Shown here: piece by piece, positions 1-14,210 of the stretch
Layout: every line of letters begins with the position of its first letter
Position numbering within the stretch: the stretch's first letter is position 1
DNA from: Camelus dromedarius
Taxonomy: Eukaryota
DNA: 64,000 bases
Assembly (NCBI RefSeq): GCF_036321535.1
Contig: NC_087437.1
Coordinates: 60,948,001 to 61,012,000 of the forward strand
Direction: 5' to 3'
Translations under genes and position numbers: made by a program
Notes under the pieces: generated by a model
What the model saw: only the letters and a program-made list of their open reading frames with translations
Told to the model about the DNA's origin: nothing
The model's database searches: none

Positions 1-815
1 TAACAGATGCCTAGCTGAAATCTCTTGGATGTTTCAAAAGCACTGTAAATCCTACACTACCAAAACTGAACTCATTGTTATTCCTCCAAAATCTAGCCCA
101 GGTGATCCTTATATTATGTAAGCCAGATACCTAAGAGTCATCCTTAGCACCTCCCTCTTCCTCATGCCTATTTCAAATCTATTGCAAAGTCCTGTTGATT
201 TTATTTCCTAAATCTCTCCTAAATTTCTGCCCATCTCTTTTACTACATACTTCATACTACTCATATTTCTAAGGTACCCCTCCAACCTGTTCTCAATTCT
301 GAAGTTAGAAATAACCTTTTAAAAATGGAAAAATGTCTTAATACCAATCCCCCACTTCTAACCCCCTCTTGCTTATAATTTAAAATGGCTTCGTTTTGTT
401 TGGCCTCAGTCTGCCTCTTCATCTTATCTCAAACTGGCCTTACCTTTGCTCTCTATACTCCAGCCACACTGATTATTTTCTGTCCCTCATACTCATCCCT
501 CCTGGAAGGCTCTTCTTTCACTCTATGGCCTATTTATCCTTATCCTTCAGGTCTCAGTTCATGCATTAGTTCCTCAGAGAAAGCCTTCCCTGACCTCCCT
601 ATTTAGGTCAAATTCTTCATTATTGACATTCAGAGCACCATATATCTACCCTTCATAGTACTTAACACAAACACAATTTTACAACTAAGTGACTATTTGA
701 TTAATACCCACTTCCCCCCACTAGACGGTAAGCTTCATATGGAAAGGCATTCATAAGAGTTTGTATCTGTTTTTATTCATCATTGCATCTAAACTCAGCA
801 TAGTGCCTAGTATTC
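1..815 (+). mobile_element. Degenerate LINE2 3' region in FBXO45 intron 1
   Basis: Pyrimidine-rich L2-like tract ending in the typical ...cccactaga..taagct...catagtgcct 3' motif; boundaries approximate. Confidence 0.55.
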
Positions 816-2797
816 ATATTTTTTAAAATATAAATATATGCTGTACAAGCCCTCTGCTTTCCATTGTCCTGCTTTTGTTCACGGTATTTCCTCTTAGTAA
901 AATGTTCAGATTCTCCTTATCTTTAAAATTCAGCTCAAATACAATCTCAACTTCAAACCTCCTCCAATCCTCCACTCAACTTGTAAATCTTTCACTTAAC
1001 TTCTATCATATATATTTTTTAATATCTCTAACAGTTATGAATAATTTCTACCATTTTTAAGTAATAACCACTAGTTATTTCTATACCTTTTTTTCTCCTC
1101 TATTAGACTGAGGACTTCCCTACTAGGCTATCTGACTCCTTTTGAATTAATCTTTTATCTTCAAGATATTCAAGAAAAGTCCTGCAACATCTGAAAGTAT
1201 ATGTGATAGTACAAGTCTGTAATACCTACAGTGCATGTAATACAAAGGCATACTATTAAAAACTTAAGAAACCTAAAATATCTGGGAGGATACAAAAGAA
1301 GTAAGTAAAACAGGTTGCCTCCAGCCTAGGTAGTGGGGGCACAAGGATGAAAGGAAGGCATTTTTCTTTATATCACTTTGCTTTGCTTGAATGTTGACTC
1401 ACATAAAAAGATTATCTATTACATATTATTACATGAATCTTGTATCATGTGAACATATCTATTATAGACCAATTATAAAAATGTCTTAATTAAAAATAAG
1501 TAAAAGCAATAAATATTATGGAAAACAAAAAACTAAATAAAACTTATGAAACCTACATGTTTATCAGCCACAGTAGGACAAAACTGCAATCTTCTGCACT
1601 CTACTTTATGAATTACTAGAATCCATTGAGTATCTATCATGTATAAATACTGCCCTCGTGAATTAACATGTTATTTCACTTAATAGAAAAACAATTTGAC
1701 AGTTAACATATTTAAGAGCAATATTCCTTATCTTATTAAACTAAAATATGTTCTATTACAGAAGAATAAATTTTACATCTATTTCACGTGGAAAAAAATT
1801 TACTCCTCACTCTGGCCCCACTGGCAGGCTAGCATTTAAAAGGGATGTTTTCCCTTTTTAGTTATTAATGTATTTTTGTTTACCAGCATTCTAGGTCAGA
1901 CTTTATCCTCTCTCATATTTGCTGTTGGTGACTGCTATACTGAATAGCTGTTTCCATCCAACTGAACCCAAGTTTAGGTGCTTTTGTTTATACTGCTTGA
2001 AGAATCCTCTCAGTTCTACCATGACTTGCTACCTGACATTTTTATTTGTATATAAAGGCAAGACTAAGCACAAGAATCTCGCAGGAAAAAAAGACAGCAA
2101 AAATGAAATTAGCATGTTAGATGACAAACAGAACAGAAAAGAGACACACACCATCAACGTGAAACTATGAAAAAGTTGGCAAGGAAGTAGCCAATAATAG
2201 TGGAACATGGCAGTATCATGACGTTTAACTGGTGCCAACGGGAGGATGTTCTATTAAAACCTGTATCTTGAAAGTTAGGATGCTTTGGACCACACTCATT
2301 TATAAGCCTGTAACATAGCAGAGGGAATTAAAGAATACCTGGACGAAAACAAAGAAAAAAGGGTTATAAATCAGAGCTTGGAAAAGGTGAAGTGAAAGCA
2401 AACATCTTAGAAACTAAGCCGATATTAAGGCAGTCGAAATGATCTAATAAAGGGCAGAAAGAAAAATAAGATTAGAGTATTGAAAGGTACAACAATGGGG
2501 GTGGTCTGTTTTTAAGGGCAAAGACTTTGGAAAGTAGAACTGAGTGATGGAAACCAGGTAGGGGAAACCATCCGATGCTTTAAAAACTGTATCACGAAAG
2601 TAGGGTGGGTTAAGGAGCAAAACTTCAATCCAGAGAGATCTTTATGGTAGGGGGAGTTGAGTTAAGGTATTGACTGGAGCGGTGGAAAGGCGGGATGGTG
2701 AGGCGAGACTTCTGACTCAGAAGCTTAGCTGAGAAGCACTGAAAACAGCGCGGAGAAGCGGGACTGGGGTCAGCGGCGTGGCGCGGGGCTCCCTCAC

Positions 2798-3112
2798 CTT
2801 GGCCTTGTAGCTGGGCAGGTTGCAGAGGATGTCCGTGCGCAGAGCCTCCTCTGCCAGGCTGCGGGCGCACAGGCTCCGCCACACCTCGCTGTTCTCATCG
2901 CCGTGCAGGCAGCGGTACCAGTGCTTGCACACCAGGGCGCAGCTCCGCAGCTCGGATAGCTCCAGGTAGGAGAACACCAACTCTAGCACCCGGCTGGGAA
3001 GCCGGCCCCCGATCCCCCCGGCCCCGGCGCCCGGGCCGGCGCCCGCGCCGCCGCCGCCGCTACAGCCAGCGCCGCCCGAGGCTGCCCCAGCCCCCGGGGC
3101 CGGCGCCGCCAT
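2798..3112 (-). CDS. FBXO45: F-box/SPRY domain protein FBXO45, coding exon 1 (105 codons; rest of gene lies left of the window)
   Basis: [14 protein letters not shown]...[29 protein letters not shown] (F-box)...[11 protein letters not shown] at 3112 in good Kozak context; donor AAG|GTGAGG at 2797. Confidence 0.96.
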
Positions 3113-3479
3113 CGCCTCACCAGCCGGCCCGAGGGCCGCCGCCGCCGCCGCTTCCCCCCGTCTCTGCTTGGGAGGCCAAGCCTCGCCTTGAGACCTGAGC
3201 AGCTCGCTCACCGCCCCTTTCACAGCCAACCGCCCGGCCCCTCCACCACTCCCGCCCCTGCCCGGGGGCGTCCGCCGCGCGCCCCGCCTCACTGAGGGCA
3301 GACGCACCGGCCGCACGGGCGTCCCCCGCCCCTCCCTCGCGGCTCAGCACGAGCGCTGGAACCGCCCGACTCGCAAGGCCTCCCCGCGGCGCGCCGGTGG
3401 CTCCGCCATACGGGTTAAGGGCACGAAGCAAGGGCGCACGCCCAGCTCGCGCGCGGTTCCTTTCGGCCCCGGATGTGAC

Positions 3480-3576
3480 TGTTTGGCCGAGGCGCCTCTT
3501 GCTTTACGCTAGATGGGATTGGGCGCCCACGGGTGAGGTCATCACTAGGCGCCTAGGAGGGAAGCGGGAAGCGCAG
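3480..3576 (+). other. WDR53: Probable non-coding first exon of WDR53 (start uncertain)
   Basis: Donor-like CAG|GTATGA at 3577 at the edge of the CpG island; the WDR53 ATG exon begins with an acceptor, so upstream UTR exon(s) are required. Confidence 0.45.
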
Positions 3577-4835
3577 GTATGAGGCTGGCGCCGGTGGGCT
3601 CGTGGGTATAGTTCGGTACCTTTTCCTCTTTTCTGGACCCCTGTTCCTGTAGGGTTTCCCAGAGTCAGTTGGGTCCCTGCTTCACCTCCCAACCTAACGC
3701 ATGAAACTTTCCTCTCCTTATAGCCAGTCCCTAGCTTGGCCACCTTCGGTTTGAGTTGGATTCTCTTTACTTCAGCAGCTGAGGTCATGTTTTCCTGGTC
3801 AGGCCCTCTTGTGCTCCCTTAGTATTAGTACAGTACCAGTGCTTATCAGAACGTGTGTCCTTGAATGTATACGGAAAGTGAGGTGGCTACATTTGAACAT
3901 CCCCGCCCCCAAATGTTTGGATAACCATAAAGTGCCGTTTAAGAGTTTATTAAGTGCTACATTCTTTTTGAGGAAGTGTGGCCTTTCCTAATCTTTCGTA
4001 CTAACCCACCGATTAGTAGGCGAATTAAAGTAGTGTTTTTTTTAAAAAATTAATTAGACATTCCAATCGGGAGAATGACGTGGAGCTATAATTATAGAAG
4101 GTTTCGTGGAAGAGAAAGCATTTCAGCATTATGTGGTCATTTTACTACGTTTTCCTAGGTGGCCAGAAAGTTTTCTGACAAGCTTTAAAGAATGCTTGCT
4201 AAGAGAAAATAATAAGCATCGTGTGAGGCAGCCACTCTACTGCGATCCTTTGTGGGGAAGTTTATATAACTCAAACAACTCTATGAAATAATTATTATAA
4301 TAACAGGGTTCACAGATGCCCTTAGTAGTCAGTTCCACTGTCTTGCCATTATGTTGTAAGACATTTTTACGAAAGTTCCCCTGCTGTGTGTAATCCATTT
4401 CCTGTTCTCCGGGGGGGAAAAAAAACACCCCCCCCCCCAAAAAAAAACAGCGCCCACCATCTCTACTCTCTGATAGATGGTGTTTGGTTATTACCTACCA
4501 GCTCCTTCTTCCCAGATGTTTTTTCCTCCGAACTTAGTAACCCCCATTCTTTTCATTCTTACTAGTGTCAATGCCACAGCCTTTCAATCATTTTGGTTGC
4601 TATCTAACTTCTCCGCATCAAGACCAACTTCGGAAAACCCAAACATACGAAGAAAAGTTGACCTATACGTATAGTGATAGTGACTATCTCTCATATAATT
4701 TAAATAATAGTGTAACCTCAGGCTAGGGAGTTTTATTTATTCATTTTTCAGCCTTCAACCGTAGGACATCTAAGGAAGGTCCCAGTTTTGTCTGGAAAGT
4801 CACTACAGTTTCTTTTAAATCTTCAAGGATAAGTT

Positions 4836-4943
4836 GTGCCTGCTTTGGCAGCACATACACTAAAATTGGAACGATACAGAGATTAGCATGGCCCCTGCGC
4901 AAGGATGACGTGCAAATTCTTGAAGCGTTCCATATTTTTTTTT
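4836..4943 (+). pseudogene. RNU6: U6 snRNA processed pseudogene
   Basis: Near full-length U6 match (GTGCctGCTTtGGCAGCACAT...GAAGCGTTCCATATTTT) with a 3-nt deletion after ACAGAGA; flanked by TSD AAATCTTCAAGGATAAGT at 4817-4834 and 4960-4977. Confidence 0.95.
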
Positions 4944-7842
4944 CTTATGATAAATAAATAAATCTTCAAGGATAAGTAGAGTCGGTCAATCTAAAAAGCA
5001 GACAAAGAACTGAACTTAATGAAAAACTTTAAAGGCACAAGTGGATACGTGGAATTATGACAGAAGCAGAGTGTCAGAGTGTTAGAGAGCATTCAGTTAT
5101 TAAAGACATTGGACTTTACCTGTCTGCCATGTGTGTAAGTGAGGTAGAGCCTTTGAAGGATCTGATGAAATAATTCTGGCTAACCTATTCCAGTCAGTGA
5201 GGTGACTTTGTGGCAAAGTACCTCCCAAGTGGTCCACATAGAATTTCAAAGCAGGAAAAGACTTCCTTTATCACTACCTCCTTTTCTTTATAGAAATCTT
5301 GCCTGCTCATCACCCTCCTTACTATGCCCCCTCCGTCACGTTCAATACCTGCTTTCTGCCCTCTGGCTGTTTAGAACTTCCATCTTTGCACTCCACTCTT
5401 TCTAAAAATGCTCTTAAAGTATGCCGCCTCCCCCCACCTCCATGATCTAATTAGATTTAGAAGGAAGGAATCTATTACATAATTAAAGTAATTCACAATG
5501 GGATATGATTAACTGCCATGCTTCACCCTTTAGGCATCTACCTATAAGAAGAAAAGCCTGTTGACTTGGTACCTAAATGTGATGATAGTGGCACTTAGCT
5601 ATTTCCAGGTATGCTTTTCAGCACCAATAAAAGAAAAACAAGAAATGGTGGTTTGCCAACTCATTTCTGAAAGATTGTTTTGATTTAACCCATATTTAGT
5701 TAATTTTTTCCCATTACCTCCTACCACAGCAGTCTGATTATTCACCACTTTTTGATGGCGGTCTTTGTGTTTCAAATAATAACAAATAATTGTAATTTTG
5801 TAAACTAAGCAAGTGTTTGGGGGGGAGGGTGGTAGCTCTGGTTGAATCCCTGCTCAGTACTCTGCATGATAAAATTAAAAGCCTCAGAATGTATAGATTT
5901 CTGGGGTTTTCCTAATTCTTTTTGCTAGCATTTACCATGATAGGTCTGTTTTTGTTTTTCTGACTAGCTAAGTGATCAGTGAATATTATCCATGTGGTGT
6001 AGAAATTGTTCTTTGCTCTGCTGCATATAGTTTGAAGGTAGAGCTGATCTTGGACTTGTGAGAGAAAGTCTGAGAGTTACTACTGGTTCCATTAAGGAAA
6101 AATTTACAGGAACTGTATTGTTGTCTATAATAGTCTCTTAAAGTACAAAATTTCATTTATTACCTAACTTCTCATAATTTTCAATGAGGTTTAACTAAAT
6201 AGATCTTTTAAATTGAGTTAATTGTCTCTGGAAAAGAGTTATATTAGGAGGAAAACCTACTAAAACTTTTGTCTTCCAATTAACATTTACTTAGGTCCCC
6301 TGTAGGTAGATCTGTGACGGAGAAATAGAAATACTAGAAACTCTGTCTCATTCTTGTCTTAGAGAAAACCTAATGTTACAACAGGGATCCAAGACCTATA
6401 AGGACACAAAATCCTAAAGCTGTAGAGGGCAGACTTCAGACTTTAAAGTTGATTCATTATAGAAAAATTAAAACTGTAATTTAGGAAATAAGTGATCAAT
6501 ACTCGAAAGATTCATAACAAAGTTAAATAAAACTTGTTTGTATCCTAAATGGCCTTTTCAGTGATTAATTCAAATTTCATTTTTTAAAATAGGATGTTGT
6601 CTTTATCATATAAGTCAATAGTCACCACGTATGACAGTTCCTAAGCCTGAATAATACCTTTCATTTTAAATTGTGCCGTGTCCTTTTTCCTTGGTTTATC
6701 TGGATTTGGCAAAAGTCTTTGTTATGGTAGAAAATTATTTAACTATGATTTAAGTACTTGTCAGCAAAAATCAAACCACCAGAGTTCCCTGTCTTTGTCT
6801 CCCTTTGAGTCATTTCCTCTCCAAATCTCTCCTTTAAAACTTACTTGCTTCAGTCTCTGTTTAATTAGTTTCCTCTGTGTACTAATGGAGTGCTTCTGCT
6901 GAAATTAGAAAATGTATCTTTTTGTCTTTTTTCCATTTTGTTGTCTGTATGAGAATTGCTGTATCTGATTTTGTGATCATCTGATTACTAGTAGAGTAGT
7001 GGTTTTTGCAATCTAGTTAGTGATTTTGCTTGTGTGTGTGTGGCTAAAAGTGGGAGGGAATAAACTTTGTGCTGAGAATAGAAACTTTAGACAGATTGCC
7101 AGATTACTTTAAATTATTTTCAAAACAATATTAGAAAACTTGTCTCTGTACAATTGGGCTAAATTCAGGTGTCATATCTGAAAATAACAAAGCAACCATG
7201 GTAGTTTCTTACTAGATAAATTCTTCCTTGTCTTGTGAAATGGAAAATTAAGTTTATCCAGATAGATTTGTTTGCTTCCTTTTTGTCTGACCATTTAGAA
7301 TTGTATAAATTGACCCAGTTTTCTCTTTTCACTTTGCCCAGTGTGTAGTTAAGGCAGAGTAATATTATGTGGCAATTCCAGTTTATACATATGGGATGCC
7401 TAGTGTATCAGAATCTAAATTTTGCATATAAGTACTCCTGTTAGATAAGTGCAAGTAGGTGATCATGTGATTAAAAATATGTGAGTTCCTATAGAAGCAG
7501 TGTGATGGATTATTAGTAGCTTTTGGTCATTTTCTGTACTTTCAAAGAATATTAACAAATTAAAACTGTTGTCAAGTAGAATTGTTAGGAAAAGATCTTC
7601 ACTATTTAAAAGTTTGGGATCCCTTTATATTGGATCCAAGGACAAATCCTAAGGGCCAGAAGACTTTGGGAAAATTATTTAACATTTCTGAGACTCAGTT
7701 GTATTATCTGTAGAATAGAATAATGCCAATCAGAAGGGTTCTTTTGAGAATAAAATTAAATCATGTACTGAGTTAGTCTCTGATGGTAAGACCCAAAGGT
7801 CTCCATTTTAACCAGTTCCCCTAGATGATTATTGGTGTAGTA

Positions 7843-8028
7843 CAGGTTCTCAAATTCTTGCATACATCAGAATCACTTGGAAGGCTTGTTAAAACTCATT
7901 GCTGGGTGCCAGCCCTGGAGTTTCTGATTCAGTGGGTCTAGGGTGGGGGTCCAACAATTTATATTTCTAACAAGTTCCTAGGTGATGCTGATGATGCTTG
8001 TCTAGAGACCATACTTTGAGGACTATTG
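7843..8028. mobile_element. MER5A-like hAT-Charlie DNA transposon
   Basis: CAG(T)GGTTCTCAA-like terminus, catcagaatcac / gtttctgattcagtgggtct motifs; flanking direct repeat GTGTAGTA. Confidence 0.75.
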
Positions 8029-8089
8029 GTGTAGTATGTATAGATGCCACTTTGACCAGCCTAATAAAAATAAGAGAAGTGAAGATGGT

Positions 8090-8310
8090 AGTATTTGTTG
8101 AGCCCTCATTATGTACCAGGCAGTATTATATGTGCTTGATATATGTTATTTAATCCTCTCTGATCCTATGAAATGGATGTTATTATTATTATTCCCATTT
8201 TATAGAGAAGAAAAGTGAATCATAGAGAGATTCAGTAACTTGCCCGAAGTTGCACAGCTAACAGGTAGTAGAGCTATCCAAACCCAGAGTTCCAGGGCTC
8301 ATTCTCTCAA
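8090..8310 (-). mobile_element. MIR SINE
   Basis: MIR core cccattttatagagaagaaaagtga...agtaacttgcccgaagttgcacagct. Confidence 0.7.
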
Positions 8311-8513
8311 AACATTATTCAGATAAAAGATATAACCTGATGATTGTGCAGTCCTTTCTGAAAAATGATTTTGCTTAATTTAAAATAGATATTTTTAGTG
8401 TTTATTCTTATGTGAGCCTCACATCAAAGACTAGAGTACCAGGCTTAGATATCTTTTAATATTTAACTGAAATATTGCTTATTGAATTTGTCTCTTCTGG
8501 AGTTCTTATATAA

Positions 8514-9077
<564 letters not shown>

Positions 9078-10758
9078 TAAATGAGATTTGCTAACAGAAT
9101 CAAATTATTGATCATGCTAAATGTATCTTTATATGTTCTGTTCTCTACTAACATATCTTACGTATTCATGAACCAAAAGCTTTGCTTCTACTGCATGTTT
9201 AATACTAACTTAACAAAGTGTAGCAGATTTTATTCACAAAGTAATCATTAATTTTTTATTCTTCCTTTTTCTATGCTTTAAGACATTCCTAAAACCTGAG
9301 AATTCAAATATTTTAATCAAAACATCTGTTTAAAGAGGAGAATGCTGAAGGCAGAATTTATCATCCACTCTCTACAAACTCTTTTTAAAAGAAAAAAAAA
9401 AGTTGGAGGGACTGGATCTATTGTTTTTACTTTAAAAATCACTGGAGTGAGTGAGAATAGTCATGGCTTCTCTTTGGTGAGCACTGAGTGCTTGCCACTG
9501 CTTTATATGTATTAGTTTTCATTCTACTCACACCCTGAGAGTTACTGTTTCTTTTTTTAGAAATGAAGACACAGATTCAAATTAAGGGTCCCCACAGCTG
9601 TCTAGATTGGGATTCAAACCTCAATCCCTCTGGCTTCAAAGCCTGTATTTTTTTCTCTGTGACACTAGAGACATTCAAACAGAATGTCATCAGTAATGTG
9701 ATAGAAACAGTTCTTAGTTTGGGAACAAGTGACTTCTAGTAAAAGAACCATTGTTTATTAATGATGTGTGTGTCCAGCACTGATCTAGGCATTTAATCTA
9801 CAATCTCAACTATATATAGTATATTTCTTGTGATATTTGTAAGACTTGTGATACTATTAGTAGCGTCAAGATTTTGTCTTTCCATCTTCTTGGCCAATGA
9901 TCTTACCGCTCTATGCTCTACTCTCCACACTCTCTTATAATTTAGAAATAGATGAAGCTGGTTTTGCTTGTTGTCACTATGACTACCACCCCCTCTCCCC
10001 CAAGCTACTGGTATTTAGTAGGAAGAATGAGTGGATGTCCTGCAGTGCTGGGACCGTCCCTAAACAATAAAGAACTGTCCTACGAAAATTTTGTAGTGTC
10101 CCTATTGAGAATCATTTTACACCCTCTGGGCACAGCGACCCCATGATCTCTAAATTCCTTTTCCACTCCTAGGTCTTGACCAAGCCCTTTATAAACCTCC
10201 ACATTTTCTACCCTCGTGGGGATAATCTGCTTACTTGCTTGTGCAGAAAGACCTACACAACCAATCAGATACTGTTTTAAGTAGGCAGATTGTGCTGTGT
10301 CTCTTTGACTCATTCTTTCATCTTTAAGATATACCAGTTTTCAATCATTCAACAATTCATTAATTAACTACTAGGCATGGCAATAAACAATTAGGTGTGC
10401 AAAAATGATTTATACTCTTCAAATTAAATAAGATGTAGGCATCCAGGATTTAACATTGTGCCTCCAGTTCTAAGTGAGAAGCTTTAGTGGCAGGCAGCTG
10501 CTAGAAAACAGGATAGGAAATAAATTTTGTGAAAAGAAGGCTTAGATAATTGCTTTTTGATTTGACTGCCAAGAATTGCTAGAAGTTCACTGTAGATTAA
10601 CTTCTGCATTGGATTGTGATATAACAATGGTTAAGGCAGCACAATCATGCTTTTAAGAAATTACTTCCTTAACTGAAGTTAAAACTATAATTTCTCCCAA
10701 TTTACCTCTTAAAACCCAGATATCTGGTATTTTACTAAACTTTAAGAATGGCTGGTCA

Positions 10759-11034
10759 ATCACAGACATAGAAAACAAACTTATGGCTACCAAAGGGGAA
10801 AGGGGGGCAGGGAGGGATAAATTTGCAGTTTAGAATTAGCAGATACAAACTACTATATATAAAATAGGTAAACAACAAGGTCCTACTGTATAGCAGAGGT
10901 AGGGAACTATATTCAAAGTCTTATAATGAAAAATGGAAAAGAATCTGAAAAAGAATATATAAAACTGAATCACTTTGCTGTACACCAGAAACTAATATAA
11001 CATTGTAAATCAAGTATACTTCAATTTAAAGAAA
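10759..11034 (+). mobile_element. 5'-truncated L1 (3'UTR only)
   Basis: tcacagacatagaaaacaaacttatgg...tatacttcaat + A-tail; degenerate TSD aagaatggctggtc / aagaatagccagtc. Confidence 0.8.
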
Positions 11035-11298
11035 AAGAATAGCCAGTCTATGAGGGAGTCCAAGAATGTAGGCATAATAGTGGGGGTTCTTATTAGATTA
11101 ATTGTGAGAGTTGTTTCTCTGTGAACAAACGTGTTTTATCTCAAGGCAGGAACCGAATTATTGCCACACATAATAGATATGTTCAACATACCTATCTTTG
11201 TTATTACAAAAAATTATAAAAATTATATCCTTTGATTTAGATAAGTTTCAATAGGCAGAGCTTACTGAAAGAGACAGGGACCTTAAGAATGAAGTTTT

Positions 11299-11434
11299 GG
11301 GGGAGGGTATAGCTCAGTGGTAGAGTGCCTGCTTAGCATGCATGAGGTCCTGGGTTCAATCCCCAGTACCTCCATTTAAAAAATACAATAAATGAATAGA
11401 TAAATAAACCTAATTACTCCCCCCCCCCAAAAAA
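11299..11434 (+). mobile_element. tRNA-derived SINE (resembles the camelid vic-1 family)
   Basis: GGGGAGGGTATAGCTCAGTGGTAGAG (A box)...GGTTCAATCCC (B box), AT-rich tail, C-run, A-run; TSD AAGAATGAAG 11285-11294 / 11435-11444. Confidence 0.88.
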
Positions 11435-13570
11435 AAGAATGAAGAGTAATTTATTAAGATTCTTGAGACTACTTATTTTTTTTGTTAAATAGGTACAATA
11501 TAATATTCATAATGTATGTGAAAAGTATGAAAAGTAACATTAAATAAATATATGTGCACCCACCACTCAAATATACTTTCTTCTTGTAAAGACTTTGGAA
11601 ATCTGAAACCATTGTGAATTTTCACAGCATACACCTTGGTTTTCTTTCCCCCTCATTTCCACATCTGAAAGTAAATGGTTCAAAAGTTTGTTCTTTCTGG
11701 AGTTTGAAAGGTCTCCAGTACTAACACTTAAGGATCAGGATAGTGAAGGAGGCTTTTTTTCCCTTGAAAATTAATCTTTAATGTGGAAAGAAATATTTCT
11801 ATAGGTGAGAAACTTAGCAGGGTCACTTTGACATGGTTACATTCACTTCTGAACGTTTACCAGTTGTCTACGTCTCTCCCTTTGACATTTTATAGGACTT
11901 TAAACCCCAAACTCTTGTATTCTTTTCCTTTAAATCAGTTTCCCTCAGTATTCTTTTCCTTTAGTACCTTAGCTCTCTTGCTTAGGGTGATGCTGCTTGA
12001 TCAGGTGGTTGAGAAATTACAAAACTTTGGACTCGTTGGCAGTTAGGAAAAATCAAAGAAGTACAAAGGAAATTTTCAGGCAGGAAAAATCTGAAAATCT
12101 TCAACACTTGGAAATGATTCCTGGGTTGGTAGAATCTGAGCTGGCTATTAACACGTTTAGATAATTAAATATAAAAATGTTTAAGCTGCTGAAAATGCTT
12201 TGCGTGTAGTTCATGTTTGGATGTGCTTAGGACAGAAAATATAATCCAGGCATTGTGGGGTCTGTGGGATAAAGAACTCAGGGATACCTGCCATACAGTT
12301 AAGCTAGTAGATTCTGGAATGTCCATTTTCCTTGTGTTTAGGTTTTTTATAGAGATTATTTCCACATCTAGTTTTAGTGAAACTTCATTTTTGTTTATAT
12401 CTTCTGATTTTTAAAATTTTACTGTATTTCATTTTGTTAGCAATTTAGCTTCACCCATATAATGATTGCTGGCCATTTGTATAGTGTTATAAATCCAATC
12501 CAAAAGGATTTTCTGTATTTTCTTAAGTAGAAGCAGAATATGTGTTATTAGATGTAATTTCTTTTGAAAGTAGGCTGAGTTGAGGGAAGTTACCTTGACT
12601 AGAAAACCAAATCCTTATTATAATTAGCAACAGTAATCTTGTCAGTTCAGATCTGCACTTTTGACTAAGCAGGGTCATGCTTATCCTAGTGTCCATTTTA
12701 AATTGTGAGTCATAATTTAGGGATAGTACTAGATGGTAAAATAAAGCTGTCCATTCTCTCTGAAAGTACAAAGAATATTTTCCTTTTCAAATTGGTTGCT
12801 ATGGGAAGAAAATCACTAGATTATAGAGTAGAATCAATTTACAAAGCTTATTGTTTTGTTTTAAACAGATTTTAATTAGCATTTAATTTAAATCAGTTTT
12901 GTCGGCCCAAGATCATGGTAAGGAACAACAAAAAGCCAAAAATACCAGGATGTCAAATTAATCAACAGAGATGTTTAGAATTTCCGCTCTTTTCCAGGTA
13001 TTATGCTAGGCATTAGCAAAGATGAAGTAAATCTCAAGAAATTGTATGAGTAAGAATTAAATATGAGAAAGAGAGAAGGTAGCTGGAATAGTTAGGAAAG
13101 GCTTCCTACAGGGAAAAGAATTTGAGCTAAGCCCCTCGGATGAGTAATTTGGGTAATGTGAAAGGAAAGGAGAGGAAAAAGCATTTCAGATAGAATTTAC
13201 TTCAGTAGTATTCCAGTTTATTTAGTTGGTCAGTATTTTTACTTATAACAAGCATAGATTAAAATTAGTAAATCTTATAATCTTCAAGGTAGAATGATTT
13301 AAAGAAACTGGCATCTGCTTAAGAATTTGAATTACACTTTAATTGGTTTGTTAATCGAAAGTTACTCAAGGTCTTGTTTTCTAAATTCTACCTTACTGCC
13401 TATTGGCATTCTACTTTTGGCAGCAGGGTAGCATCCCACTGGCATGTTGTGGTGCCATCTGAACTTTTTTTTTTAATGTTGCTGGAAATGTATCCTACCA
13501 GTTATTCTCAGACTACTTTGATGATTTTGTTAGAAGCGGAATAAGCATGTTAGTTAAACAAAATGGCTAA

Positions 13571-14200
<630 letters not shown>

Positions 14201-14204
14201 ATCC

Positions 14205-14210
14205 AATAAA
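14205..14210 (+). terminator. Candidate WDR53 polyadenylation signal
   Basis: AATAAA 4 nt after the stop codon, followed by T-rich sequence. Confidence 0.55.

Larger units (their letters stand above)
2690..3610. promoter_or_regulatory. CpG island / bidirectional promoter of FBXO45 and WDR53
   Basis: Very GC- and CpG-rich; GC boxes, ETS-like CCGGATGT (~3469), reverse CCAAT (ATTGG ~3518); genes diverge from it. Confidence 0.85.

Noticed and set aside
3113..3316. 68-codon in-frame GTG-initiated extension upstream of the FBXO45 ATG
   Set aside because: Stops are rare in DNA this GC-rich, the ATG has good Kozak context and matches the known N-terminus; no further support
4411..4449. Adjacent G7/A8/C-run/A-run homopolymers
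   Set aside because: Low-complexity and error-prone in sequencing; no structure supporting function
4663..4674. 12-bp palindrome CTATACGTATAG, with the similar GTATACGTATAC at 36721-36732
   Set aside because: A few palindromes of this length are expected by chance in 64 kb of AT-rich DNA; no motif assignment
11299..11375. tRNA-Ala-like sequence
   Set aside because: Has a SINE tail and TSD plus a second copy at 22540; it is a SINE, not a tRNA gene
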